DNA from: an uncultured Nitrospirota bacterium
Lineage (GTDB): Bacteria > Nitrospirota > Nitrospiria > JACQBZ01
Length of the DNA: 37,672 bases
Assembly: GCA_964372835.1 (NCBI GenBank)
Contig: CAYJTJ010000001.1
Span: 15,793-53,464, forward strand
Direction of reading: 5' to 3'
The stretch's first letter is position 1. Every line of letters begins with the position of its first letter. Positions 8,347 through 16,994 of this stretch are shown here, piece after piece. The translations under genes and the position numbers were made by a program. The notes beneath the pieces are model-generated. The model was not told where the DNA came from, made no database searches, and saw nothing but the letters and a program-made list of their open reading frames with translations.

Positions 8347-9612
8347 ATGCCGGTCTACGAGTACAGAGGCCTGACGACCCAGGGCCGCGACGTGAACGGG
8401 ATTATCGATGCGGACAGTCCGCGAAGCGCCCGGTCGAAATTGCGCCAATCGGGAATCTATCCCACCGATCTTCTGGAAGGCCCGGGCGAGGCCGCATCGA
8501 AACATCGGCCGGACGCGGGCACCCGGCCCCGATCCGCGGCCCCCGTAACTCTTCTCTCCCGCCTCCAGGTGATCGAGCGGACCGGGTTAATGGAGATTGC
8601 CCTGATGACCCGCCATCTCGCGACCCTTACCGGGGCCAAGCTGCCGCTCATGGAGGCCCTCACGGCCCTCGTGGATCAGTTGGACCCGGGGGAGTTGAAG
8701 CGAATCGTCGCCAGCGTGCGGGAACGCGTGAAGGAGGGGAGTTCGCTGGCGGCAGCCCTGGCCCAGTATCCATCGGTGTTTTCGGAGGTCTATATTAATA
8801 TGGTCAAGGCCGGAGAGGCGAGCGGAACCCTGGACGGGATGCTGCTTCGATTGGCGGACTATCTTGAAAATCAGGTCAAGCTTCGGAACCACCTCATCAC
8901 GGCCCTCACCTATCCCGTCTTCATGATGGCCATCGGGAGCGTGATCCTGTTCTTCCTGATCACCTTCGTGGTCCCGAAGGTCACGCTTGTATTCGAAGAG
9001 GTCCATCAGGTCCTGCCCTGGCCGACGCGCGTCCTGATCGCCTTGAGCGACTTCCTGAACCTGTACTGGTGGGTCCTCGTACTGGCGGGGGCCCTCGGCC
9101 TGTTCGGCATCCAACAGTACATCAAGACGCCGGACGGCCGAGCCCGGTATGACCGGATCCTCCTGGGTCTCCCGGTGATCGGCCGCCTGACCCTCCTGGT
9201 GGCGATCTCCCGTTTCTCCCGAACGCTCAGCACGCTGCTGACGAGCGGCGTGCCTGTTCTCCAAGCGATGGAGGTGGTAAAGAATGTGGTTCAGAATTCC
9301 GTCCTGACGGAGGCGATCGAGCAGGCGCGCCAGAATATCGGCGAGGGGCAGAGCCTTGCGGAACCCCTGAAGAAAAGCGGCATGTTTCCCCCGCTGGTCA
9401 CGCATATGATCGGGATCGGGGAGAAGAGCGGTGAGCTGGAGCCGATGCTGATTAAGGTGTCGGAGGCGTACGATAACGAGGTCGAGGCCAAGATCGGGAC
9501 TCTGACGGCGCTCCTCTCGCCGGTGATGATTCTGTTGATGGGGGGAATCGTCTTGTTCATCGTCCTGGCCATTCTTCTTCCGATTTTTGAGCTCAGTCAG
9601 ATTGTGAGGTAG
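8347..9612 (+). CDS. gspF: Type II secretion inner-membrane platform protein (GspF/PilC family)
   Basis: Duplicated T2SSF repeats (LATLTGAKLPLMEAL... and LSTLLTSGVPVLQAM...). Three hydrophobic TM segments. Position directly after gspE. Confidence 0.9.
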   Translation: MPVYEYRGLTTQGRDVNGIIDADSPRSARSKLRQSGIYPTDLLEGPGEAASKHRPDAGTRPRSAAPVTLLSRLQVIERTGLMEIALMTRHLATLTGAKLPLMEALTALVDQLDPGELKRIVASVRERVKEGSSLAAALAQYPSVFSEVYINMVKAGEASGTLDGMLLRLADYLENQVKLRNHLITALTYPVFMMAIGSVILFFLITFVVPKVTLVFEEVHQVLPWPTRVLIALSDFLNLYWWVLVLAGALGLFGIQQYIKTPDGRARYDRILLGLPVIGRLTLLVAISRFSRTLSTLLTSGVPVLQAMEVVKNVVQNSVLTEAIEQARQNIGEGQSLAEPLKKSGMFPPLVTHMIGIGEKSGELEPMLIKVSEAYDNEVEAKIGTLTALLSPVMILLMGGIVLFIVLAILLPIFELSQIVR

Positions 9613-9614
9613 AG

Positions 9615-10079
9615 ATGAGAGACGGCTTAAGAGAGACCGGACGACGCGGCATCCGAAGGAATACGTCCGGATTTACTTTAATCGAGATCATGGTGGTCGT
9701 CTTTATTCTGGCCCTCCTGGCCGGGATCGTCGTCCCCAAGATTATGGGAAGAACCGATGAGGCCCGACGGACCACATCAAAACTTCAGATCAAGAATATC
9801 GAACAGGGGCTGCATCTCTACAAATTAGATAACGGGATCTACCCTTCCACGGAACAGGGGCTTCAATCCCTCGTAATGAGGCCTACCATTGGCGTGATCC
9901 CGATGCGTTGGCGGGAGGGGGGATACCTCCCGAAAATACCGAAGGACCCCTGGGGCAACGAGTATGTGTACATGAGCCCGAGCAGTCACGGGGATTATGA
10001 CCTGATCAGCTACGGCGGGGATGGGGAGCTGGGCGGCGAAGGAAAGGATGCGGATATCGAAAGCTGGGATCTCGATTAA
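9615..10079 (+). CDS. gspG: Major pseudopilin
   Basis: Class III (prepilin) signal NTSG/FTLIEIMVVVFILALLAGIVVP. GspG-specific KDPWGNEYVY plus a C-terminal acidic loop GGDGELGGEGKDADI. GAGG RBS just upstream of the ATG. Confidence 0.9.
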   Translation: MRDGLRETGRRGIRRNTSGFTLIEIMVVVFILALLAGIVVPKIMGRTDEARRTTSKLQIKNIEQGLHLYKLDNGIYPSTEQGLQSLVMRPTIGVIPMRWREGGYLPKIPKDPWGNEYVYMSPSSHGDYDLISYGGDGELGGEGKDADIESWDLD

Positions 10080-10104
10080 ACGCCGGCCCAATGGGCCGGC
10101 GGGA

Positions 10105-10665
10105 ATGGGGGCGGGCATCACCCGGATTGTGAATGGCCGGCCAGGCCGGCCACGGCGGAATGACGGTTTCACCTTCATCGAGCTGGCCGCTGTCCTTCTG
10201 ATTTTGGCCGTGGTGATCGGCCTGGCTTTTCCCGTCCTCCAGCGGGTTTCAACCAACGACCTTCGCCTCACGGCTCGGCGGCTCGTGCAGACGATCTATT
10301 TTCTGGCCGACCGGGCGGCCGCAACCAAGCGGACCTATCGTCTTCATTACAATCTTGATCGGCACGAGTACTGGGTCGCGGTCCAAACTTCGGAGGGCGA
10401 GGAGGCCCCGCCCCAGTCACCGTTGTTAAAGCGAACCGTTTTTCCGGAATCGGTGCGCTTTAAGGATGTGATCACCCTTCGGCAGGGGAAGGCGGCCCTG
10501 GGAGAGGCCTATACGGATTTTCATCCGGTCGGGCGTGTGGACAAAACGGTTTTGCGTCTGACGGATGAGGCCGAAAACACCCTGACGCTGGTCGTCAACC
10601 CGCTCACGGGGAAGGTCAAAGTGTATGAGGGATATATCGAGGAAACGGAACGGAAAACCCTTTGA
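10105..10665 (+). CDS. gspH: Minor pseudopilin, GspH-like
   Basis: Prepilin-type N-terminus RRNDG/FTFIELAAVLLILAVVIGLAF, located directly after gspG. The ORF-track start (10021) overlaps gspG, so I chose the in-frame ATG at 10105; the exact start is uncertain. Confidence 0.65.
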   Translation: MGAGITRIVNGRPGRPRRNDGFTFIELAAVLLILAVVIGLAFPVLQRVSTNDLRLTARRLVQTIYFLADRAAATKRTYRLHYNLDRHEYWVAVQTSEGEEAPPQSPLLKRTVFPESVRFKDVITLRQGKAALGEAYTDFHPVGRVDKTVLRLTDEAENTLTLVVNPLTGKVKVYEGYIEETERKTL

Positions 10666-10704
10666 TCCTCCCCGGGCCGTGCGAGGGAGGGAGGCCCAGG
10701 GCGT

Positions 10705-11091
10705 ATGACCGTGACCCCTCGGAGAAGCAACCAGAATGGATTCACCCTTCTTGAGGTCATGGTGGCGGTCGCGGTCTTGGCGGTGGCCTTTGTCGTCCTT
10801 CTCGGCCTTCGGAATCGGGATATCCTTCAACACCACGAGGCGCAATACGTGACGCGCGCGACGCTCTTGGCCCAGCAGAGGATGTCGGAGCTCGAAACGA
10901 TCGGCTTCCCTCCCCTGGGAATTCTGAGCGGGGACTTTCCCGAGCCGGACGAGGTGTATCACTGGACCCAAACGGTGATCCCGACGCCGTTCGATTTTGC
11001 GCGGGAGGTCCAAATGGAGGTCGGTTGGAAACAAGGGCGAGATGGGGGGTCGGTCAGCCTCGTGACCTTCATGATGAAGGAAAATCCGTGA
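10705..11091 (+). CDS. gspI: Minor pseudopilin, GspI-like
   Basis: SNQNG/FTLLEVMVAVAVLAVAFVVLLGL. The ~128 aa size and the position between the H-like and J-like genes fit GspI. Confidence 0.7.
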   Translation: MTVTPRRSNQNGFTLLEVMVAVAVLAVAFVVLLGLRNRDILQHHEAQYVTRATLLAQQRMSELETIGFPPLGILSGDFPEPDEVYHWTQTVIPTPFDFAREVQMEVGWKQGRDGGSVSLVTFMMKENP

Positions 11092-11744
11092 GCGCCTCGA
11101 TGGACCCTCAACGGGGTTTTACCTTGCTGGAGCTCCTCGTCGCGATCGGGATCGTTGCGGTGCTTCTTTCGATTCTCTACAGCACCTTCAATGCCGTGGT
11201 TCGCTCCACGGAACAAGTGGAGGACGTGGCCGAGGTGAGCCTGATGGCCCGGATCAGTCTGAGTCTGATGACCCGGGATCTGCGGTCGGCATACTGGCGA
11301 CCTCCCCAGCCGGGAATCCCGTCGGGGTTTTCCCTCTTTGTCGGAACCGACGAGGAAAGGGACGGAAGGCCGTCCGATTCTCTAAGTTTCACGGCACTGT
11401 CCCACGCCCGGGTCATCGATGGGAACCAGGATCCAGCCCTTTCTCATCTGGACTACGCCCTGGCCGCCGTGCCGGACCAATCCACCTGGGTTCTGCTGCA
11501 CCGGGAGGAGACCAATCTGTTGAGCCTTTCGGGCGTCACCCTGGAGGAATTCGAACTGGCCGAGAAGATTCACGGTCTTAATCTCCGGTATTTCGACGGG
11601 GAGATCTGGTCGAACGAATGGGATGCCGTGGAGCGAAACGCGTTGCCGAAGGCCGTGGAGATCAGGATCATCTTTAGGGATGGCTCGGGGCATCAGCGTC
11701 CGTTCACCACCATTACGGACATCCCGCTCGGACAGACCTCTTGA
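11088..11744 (+). CDS. gspJ: Minor pseudopilin, GspJ-like
   Basis: PQRG/FTLLELLVAIGIVAVLLSILYSTF. GTG 11088 overlaps the gspI stop (GTGA); ATG 11100 is an alternative start. The ORF-track start 11025 would overlap gspI by 67 nt. Confidence 0.7.
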   Translation: MSASMDPQRGFTLLELLVAIGIVAVLLSILYSTFNAVVRSTEQVEDVAEVSLMARISLSLMTRDLRSAYWRPPQPGIPSGFSLFVGTDEERDGRPSDSLSFTALSHARVIDGNQDPALSHLDYALAAVPDQSTWVLLHREETNLLSLSGVTLEEFELAEKIHGLNLRYFDGEIWSNEWDAVERNALPKAVEIRIIFRDGSGHQRPFTTITDIPLGQTS

Positions 11745-12724
11745 TGGCGAATCGTCTGATCAATTGGATGAGGATCCACCGGGTGAAACTCGCCCGGCTG
11801 TTCGGAATCGCCACGGCCTTGATGGTCGTGATCACCCTCTGGGTCTACCTGATGTTTCCCTGGGGGAAACTTTCCGACTGGCTCCGGGCCCATATCGAGA
11901 GGTCGCTGGGGGTCCATCTGTCGATTGCCGAACGCCATGTTCGATTTCCGCTTCAGCTGGTTTGGGAAGGGGTATCCCTGGACCCTGTCTTGAATCGGCC
12001 GCCCGTTTCGATGAAGTTGGAGCGGGTCACGATTACATGGCCTATCGGGTCGATGATCCGCCGCCGGCTGGACCTGATCGTTTCGGTTCAACTGCTGGGA
12101 GGCGAGGTGACCGGGGAACTCGCTCTTCGACCCACCGGATCGGGCGTCCGCTACGCGTTTCACGGAAGCGGACGGGGTCTTGACTTGGCCGCCCTGGTCG
12201 CGTGGTTTAAATATCCCTCCGAAGAAATTGGCGGATCGATCCAATTTCCCCGGATCGAGCACGAATGGATCAACCAGGACTGGATTCGGGGGCAGGGGAT
12301 GGTGTCCATGGAGGCGACGGACGTTGAGCACCGCGGTTGGCAGATTGGGTTCGCCCGATTGAGCGGGACGGTGACGCTTAAAGGGGGTATGACGAACCTG
12401 GAGAATATTTCGGCCCAGGGGAACGCGCTGGATCTCGTGGGAAGCGGAAATCTTCTCCTCCGACCGCTCCTTCTGGACAGCCTGCTCAGTTTTAATTCCC
12501 GCATGACGTTGCGCCGTCCGACGGGCCCGCTCGCGATGCTTACGGCCATGGCCACGCCGGATGGTCACCTTGATTTTGCCGTGCGGGGCATTCTGCGCTC
12601 TCCGACCGTCTATCTCAATGGAACGCCGTTCGCGCCGTCCGGGATCAATCGATCCGGGCTCCGCAGTGGGTCAAGGGCATATGGTTATTCGGCACGGGAA
12701 TGGGCCGTTTACCGGACGGGTTAA
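11744..12724 (+). CDS. gspN: Single-pass membrane protein, probable GspN-type T2SS component
   Basis: N-terminal TM LFGIATALMVVITLWVYLMF followed by a ~290 aa periplasmic region. The ATG overlaps the gspJ stop (TGATG). The assignment rests on position in the cluster and general resemblance to long (Leptospira/delta-type) GspN, with no diagnostic motif. Confidence 0.45.
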   Translation: MANRLINWMRIHRVKLARLFGIATALMVVITLWVYLMFPWGKLSDWLRAHIERSLGVHLSIAERHVRFPLQLVWEGVSLDPVLNRPPVSMKLERVTITWPIGSMIRRRLDLIVSVQLLGGEVTGELALRPTGSGVRYAFHGSGRGLDLAALVAWFKYPSEEIGGSIQFPRIEHEWINQDWIRGQGMVSMEATDVEHRGWQIGFARLSGTVTLKGGMTNLENISAQGNALDLVGSGNLLLRPLLLDSLLSFNSRMTLRRPTGPLAMLTAMATPDGHLDFAVRGILRSPTVYLNGTPFAPSGINRSGLRSGSRAYGYSAREWAVYRTG

Positions 12725-12729
12725 CTCGG

Positions 12730-14343
12730 ATGCGATCGGTTTTCACACAGCAAATTCTCGGACTGGACCTGGGTTCCTCCTCCGTTAAAGCGGTCTCACT
12801 CCGCAAGGGAATCATGGGGATAGAATGGGTCGGCGCTTACCGCCATGATCGGCCCCGGGTCATCTCGCCGTGGGAATGGGCCCGAGAACCCATCTCGGGT
12901 TTGAAGGAGTGGCTGGCCCAGAACCGGTTGTCAACCGACCGGGTCGTGGTTTCCGTCCCGCTTCACTTCGTCTCGATCCGGAGTCTTACGCTTCCCTTTA
13001 GCGAATCGCGACGGATCGAGAAGGTGGTCCCGTTCGAGGTCGAAGGCCTGATCCCCTATCCGTTGGAGGAGGTCGTGGTCGATTACGAGGTGGTCGAGAC
13101 TTCCGACGGGAAAACGCGTCTCGTGGCGGCGGCCGTTCCCATAGGGCTCCTGAAGGGTTTTCTTAAACAACTGGCGGCCATCGGCATTGATCCCGAGGCG
13201 GTCGAGCTGGACGCGATGGCCTTGATGAATTTGGCCCGTCATCTCCTGCCCGGGAAGAACGCCGCCGCGGAGCGGTCGATGGAGGAGGGCGGCCTGGCCG
13301 TGGTCGATATCGGGGCCGTGAAAACGGCCGTTTGCGTCATGCGCGGCGGCCGGCCGGTTTACCTCCGGTCGATTCTTTACGGGGGGCAGGATGTCACGGC
13401 GGCGGTCATGGAACGATTCGGCGTTTCGTTCGAGGAGGCGGAGGATTGGAAACGACAGGCCGGTCTTCTCGATGAGGAAATTCCAGGGCTTGGCCAGAAG
13501 GGCTTATCGCAGGTGATCCGGCAGTCCCTGACGCCCTTTCTTGATGAGCTTTCGCGTTCGTTCCACATGGGGAGTGCCGATGGAGACGGTTCCGTGACGG
13601 AGTTTGCCCTGTGCGGGGGCGGCGGAAAGCTTAGGGGACTGGAGACCCACATGGCTTCCGAATTGGGATTGAATCCGCTTCATCGTGTTCCCAAGCTCGG
13701 CACGGAGGAAGGCACGCCATGGGATCCCGTCTTCGGGCCCGGGCTGGGATTGGCTTTGAAAGGAGCCCGCCTGCCGGGAGCGTCTCGGATGAATTTCCGT
13801 CGGGGCGAGTTCGCCTATTCCCGCGAAGCCACGGGCGCCATGGCTCGGTCCCGCACCATCGGGATCGGAGCCCTAATCCTTGCGGTTCTCGCCGCCGCCG
13901 ATCTCTATGTCCAGTACAGCCTCAAGTCGAGCCGCTATCAAACCTTGAAGGCCGAGGTGCGCAAGGAATTTCAATCCATGTTTCCCGAGGTGAGGACCAT
14001 CGTGGATGAGGTACAGCAGGCCCGCACGGCCATGGCCGAGCTTAAGAAGCGGTCCCTGTTCATCGGTCAGGAGCCAATGAGCCCGCTCGAAATGATGGCG
14101 GAATTAACGCGACGGATGCCCCCGTCCGTCAAGATCGAGGTTGTGGACCTGGTCATCGAGCCCAACCGGCTTCGGTTGGAGGCGCAGACCGATTCCTTCG
14201 AGTCGGTCGATAAGATCAAGGGCGCCCTGACCCAATTCCGGGCCTTCAAGGAGGTATCGGTGAGCGACGCCAAGGTCAGCGCCGACCAGTCCCGCGTTCG
14301 GTTTCGTTTAACGGTAACCGTTGCATCAAGAGAACCGGCATGA
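12730..14343 (+). CDS. gspL: GspL-equivalent: PilM/FtsA-like actin-fold domain + TM + PilN/GspL-C-like periplasmic domain
   Basis: N-terminal phosphate-1-like motif ILGLDLGSSSVKAVSL and a later VVDIGAVKTAVCV (phosphate-2-like). LCGGGGKLRGL is adenosine-motif-like. TM is IGIGALILAVLAAADLYVQY, followed by a coiled-coil/ferredoxin-like tail. ATG 12730 lies 6 nt after the gspN stop. Confidence 0.65.
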   Translation: MRSVFTQQILGLDLGSSSVKAVSLRKGIMGIEWVGAYRHDRPRVISPWEWAREPISGLKEWLAQNRLSTDRVVVSVPLHFVSIRSLTLPFSESRRIEKVVPFEVEGLIPYPLEEVVVDYEVVETSDGKTRLVAAAVPIGLLKGFLKQLAAIGIDPEAVELDAMALMNLARHLLPGKNAAAERSMEEGGLAVVDIGAVKTAVCVMRGGRPVYLRSILYGGQDVTAAVMERFGVSFEEAEDWKRQAGLLDEEIPGLGQKGLSQVIRQSLTPFLDELSRSFHMGSADGDGSVTEFALCGGGGKLRGLETHMASELGLNPLHRVPKLGTEEGTPWDPVFGPGLGLALKGARLPGASRMNFRRGEFAYSREATGAMARSRTIGIGALILAVLAAADLYVQYSLKSSRYQTLKAEVRKEFQSMFPEVRTIVDEVQQARTAMAELKKRSLFIGQEPMSPLEMMAELTRRMPPSVKIEVVDLVIEPNRLRLEAQTDSFESVDKIKGALTQFRAFKEVSVSDAKVSADQSRVRFRLTVTVASREPA

Positions 14344-14927
14344 AAAGCCTCTTCCCCCAGGCCATCGTGAATAAGCTCCTATCCGGGCTGCGACGCGATC
14401 GCCTGACCCGCCGTGAGCGGAGGGTTCTCATTGTGGGATCCCTGGTCGGGATTGGAATGCTGATCTACGGTCTCTTTTCGTCCACGGTGTTCTATCTGGA
14501 CCGGATGAAGGGGTTGGATCGGCTGATCCGGCAGAAGGAGCAGACGCTGGTCGAGCTGGCCCGGATTCGGACGGAGTATGCACTTTTAAGCCGCCAAATG
14601 AGCACGGTCGACGATCGGATCCAGAAAGACCAGGGCCGTTTTTCACTCCTCTCTTATCTGGAATCCCTTTCCAACACGACCCAAATCCGCACTCGGATCG
14701 CCTACATGCGCCCGCAGCCGGGAATGGCCACCGATCAGTATCGGGAGACCTCCGTCGAGATGAAGGTCGAGAATGTGACCCTCGATCAAGCGGTCCGGTT
14801 CCTTTCCTCAATCGAACAGGCCCCGCATGTCCTCAAGATAAAAAATCTCCATTTCAAAACCCGGTTCGCCAATCCGCAGTTTCTGGATGTGACCTTCTTG
14901 GTGAGCACCTATGAGAAGGCGGGCTGA
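14340..14927 (+). CDS. gspM: GspM/PilO-like T2SS assembly protein
   Basis: The ATG overlaps the gspL stop (ATGA). One TM (VLIVGSLVGIGMLIYGLF), then a coiled-coil (LIRQKEQTLVELARIRTEYALLSRQ) and a ~100 aa alpha/beta domain. Size and position are typical of GspM. Confidence 0.55.
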   Translation: MKSLFPQAIVNKLLSGLRRDRLTRRERRVLIVGSLVGIGMLIYGLFSSTVFYLDRMKGLDRLIRQKEQTLVELARIRTEYALLSRQMSTVDDRIQKDQGRFSLLSYLESLSNTTQIRTRIAYMRPQPGMATDQYRETSVEMKVENVTLDQAVRFLSSIEQAPHVLKIKNLHFKTRFANPQFLDVTFLVSTYEKAG

Positions 14928-15056
14928 TACAAAGGTCACTCATTCCGTTTACATCAGCGGATCCTGTCCGAAGGCTGCCCACCCCCTGAGTGTCCCTTCA
15001 GAAATGTCGTTTGTATCAGTGGGGCGCCGGGCGGATTCGTGAGGCCCGATCATTCA

Positions 15057-15944
15057 TCACTCCTCGATCGCGGCCTGGATAATGGGGAACCCGGGATAGA
15101 AGTGGGAGTCAAACTCGTTGGCGTTCAACCGGCCGTCCGAAAATCGGTCGAAACGGCCGTTGGGGGGATCGTCCGTCTCGTCGTAGAAAAAGAGTCCGCC
15201 GACCTGGAGGGTCAGGACCACGGTCGTGGTTCCTTTCGGTTTCTCCGGGAACTCCAGAAAGGGAGAGAGCTCAACCGTGACGATGGAGGAATACTGGTTA
15301 TCCGGAAATCGGGTGACCGGAACCTGGAGCGGGACGGTGGGCGGGTCGGAGGCCAGGGGGACGTAAGCTCCGTCGGCCGTGTTGATCCACTGGAAGGCGG
15401 GCGAATTCGAGAGATTGCCGATGAGGACCTCGCCGGCCTTGACGGGAGTCGTGAGTGCCGGATCCGTGAGGCTCAATGTATAGAAGCGGATTCGCCGTTC
15501 GATGGCAACCTGGTCCTCGTGGACGGGGATCTGGATATCGAAAAAGGTAAAGGCCGCCTCGATCTTGCTGAATTCGCAGGGGCAGTTGGTCGGTAAGTCC
15601 GGGTTCAGGTTCACGACCTGGGCCGCGTCGGTCAGATCAAGAATCAGGGGAAGGGTGTCGCTCCGACTATCGTAGATCGTATAGGAGGGTTTGGTTTCAT
15701 TGGCCCGGATCAGCTTCACGCTTCGTAAACCGACTTTGATTGAAGAAGGCGTGATGAATTGATCCGGGTAGTTATCCTGATCGCCGATTCCCGTTCCGCT
15801 CGTGTCGGCCAGAAGGACCGCCTCGATTCCATCGTCCTTCTTGTTCCCGCATCCGGTAAGGGCGACCCAGAGGGAGAGAAGGCCGGCGAGGAAGAAGTGT
15901 CCTGCGGTTCGTAAATGCCATCTTTGAGCGGGTTTTAAAGTCAT
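15057..15944 (-). CDS. Lipoprotein of unknown function (295 aa), opposite strand inside the gsp cluster
   Basis: Internal ATG at 15944 of the 525-aa track ORF gives MTLKPAQRWHLRTAGHFFLAGLLSLWVALTG/C, with a classic lipobox L-T-G-C. The remainder is beta-rich with an acidic C-terminus. The upstream 230 codons of the track ORF are antisense to gspK and have low-complexity composition. Confidence 0.6.
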   Translation of the reverse strand: MTLKPAQRWHLRTAGHFFLAGLLSLWVALTGCGNKKDDGIEAVLLADTSGTGIGDQDNYPDQFITPSSIKVGLRSVKLIRANETKPSYTIYDSRSDTLPLILDLTDAAQVVNLNPDLPTNCPCEFSKIEAAFTFFDIQIPVHEDQVAIERRIRFYTLSLTDPALTTPVKAGEVLIGNLSNSPAFQWINTADGAYVPLASDPPTVPLQVPVTRFPDNQYSSIVTVELSPFLEFPEKPKGTTTVVLTLQVGGLFFYDETDDPPNGRFDRFSDGRLNANEFDSHFYPGFPIIQAAIEE

Positions 15945-15983
15945 TCCGTGGAATATTTTATCAGAAAGGCACTCTACTCCACA

Positions 15984-16946
15984 ATGGACGGTCGCCGCGG
16001 ACTCCACCGCCCGGTGGGCGATGAAAGGGGCGTCGCCCTCCTGCTGACCCTCGTCGTCCTCGTGCTTCTGGTCGCCCTCATCGTCGAGTTTGATTACGGA
16101 ACAAAGGTCCACCTGATCACCGCGGGCAATTTCCGCGATGAGACGAAGGCCGCGTACCTCGCCAAATCCGGGATCACCGCGGCCCGGGCCGTGCTCAAGG
16201 ACGATGCCATCAATAGCAAGGGATATGATGCCCCAAGCGAGTTCTGGGCGCAGCCCTTGCCTTCCTATCCGGTCGGGGACGGATTCGTTTCGATCGAGAT
16301 CACGGATGAAGCCGGAAAAATTGATCTGAATCGCTTGGCCGATCCCCTGAATGCCGTCCGGGATGATACTCGGATGATGCTGCAACGCCTCTTCGTCATC
16401 CTGGATCTGGATCCCAACCTGGTCGAAGCCATTAAGGATTGGGTGGATCTGGATGATGACTCTGAATTTAACGGCGCGGAGGATAATTATTATGCGGGTC
16501 TGACCCCTCCCTATACCACCCCGCATGGACCCATGAATACGATTTCTGAATTGCTTCTGATCAGGGGAGTGACCCCCCAAATCTATACCAAGATCCGCCC
16601 ATACGTCACGACGGTGTCGGTTAAGACCCCGCAAGGAAACGGCATGATCAATATCAATACGGCCGACCTCCCGGTTCTCCAGGCGCTGGACGAGGACATC
16701 AGCCCGGATTTCGCCCGGCGGATTCGCGATGGGGGCCCTTATGAGAAATTGGCCGATTTCTTTTCCGTGACGGACACCGTGAGGGTCTGCAACATCGCTT
16801 CGGTCTGCCGTCGACAGATCGGCGTGGCGAGCAGCTACTTCAGCGTAAAGGCCAGCGCCAAAGTCAATGATACCGAGAAAATCGCCACGGCGCTCATTTG
16901 GCGGCAGGGCAAAAAAATGACCCTCCTATCCTGGGACATTCACTAG
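15984..16946 (+). CDS. gspK: Minor pseudopilin GspK
   Basis: N-terminus GDERG/VALLLTLVVLVLLVALIVEF is the GspK-type, lacking Glu5. Internal DEAGKIDLNRL and ISELLLIRGVTPQIYTKIRPYVT are typical T2SSK strings. Start is ATG 15984; the GTG at 15948 used by the track is the alternative. Confidence 0.75.
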   Translation: MDGRRGLHRPVGDERGVALLLTLVVLVLLVALIVEFDYGTKVHLITAGNFRDETKAAYLAKSGITAARAVLKDDAINSKGYDAPSEFWAQPLPSYPVGDGFVSIEITDEAGKIDLNRLADPLNAVRDDTRMMLQRLFVILDLDPNLVEAIKDWVDLDDDSEFNGAEDNYYAGLTPPYTTPHGPMNTISELLLIRGVTPQIYTKIRPYVTTVSVKTPQGNGMININTADLPVLQALDEDISPDFARRIRDGGPYEKLADFFSVTDTVRVCNIASVCRRQIGVASSYFSVKASAKVNDTEKIATALIWRQGKKMTLLSWDIH

Positions 16947-16994
16947 GCAGAGGATCCCAATATAGGGAAGGGCTTCGGTCGGACGATTCCTATC

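Noticed and set aside
4595-12568. Long antisense ORFs over gspC/D/E/F/J/N (4595-5479, 5574-6716, 7095-7886, 8587-9405, 10426-11034, 11693-12568)
   Set aside because: Each lies opposite a gene with strong family motifs. Their translations are R/G/P/D-rich, with no motifs, signal peptides or RBSs. This is the expected stop-codon-poor antisense frame of high-GC DNA.
10021-12729. ORF-track N-terminal extensions of gspH (10021), gspJ (11025) and gspL (12700), plus gspC (4109), HIT (23326), rpmE (32868), rho (34281)
   Set aside because: The extensions overlap the upstream gene or a promoter, lack RBSs and add residues in front of recognisable N-terminal signals. Internal starts with RBSs or stop/start coupling were preferred, though exact starts remain unverified.
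14924-15019. Perfect 10-bp inverted repeat CTGATACAAA / TTTGTATCAG flanking the gspM-lipoprotein convergent gap
   Set aside because: The arms are 76 nt apart and do not extend. A few such 10-mers within 100 nt are expected by chance in 37 kb. There is no U-tract, so it is not a credible terminator or mobile-element end.
15057-16634. 525-aa minus-strand ORF spanning the lipoprotein gene and most of gspK
   Set aside because: Only the C-terminal 295 codons (from ATG 15944, lipobox signal peptide) look like a real protein. The N-terminal 230 codons are antisense to a well-supported gspK, are low-complexity (runs of I/Q/D/G/R) and would place a signal peptide in the middle of the protein.
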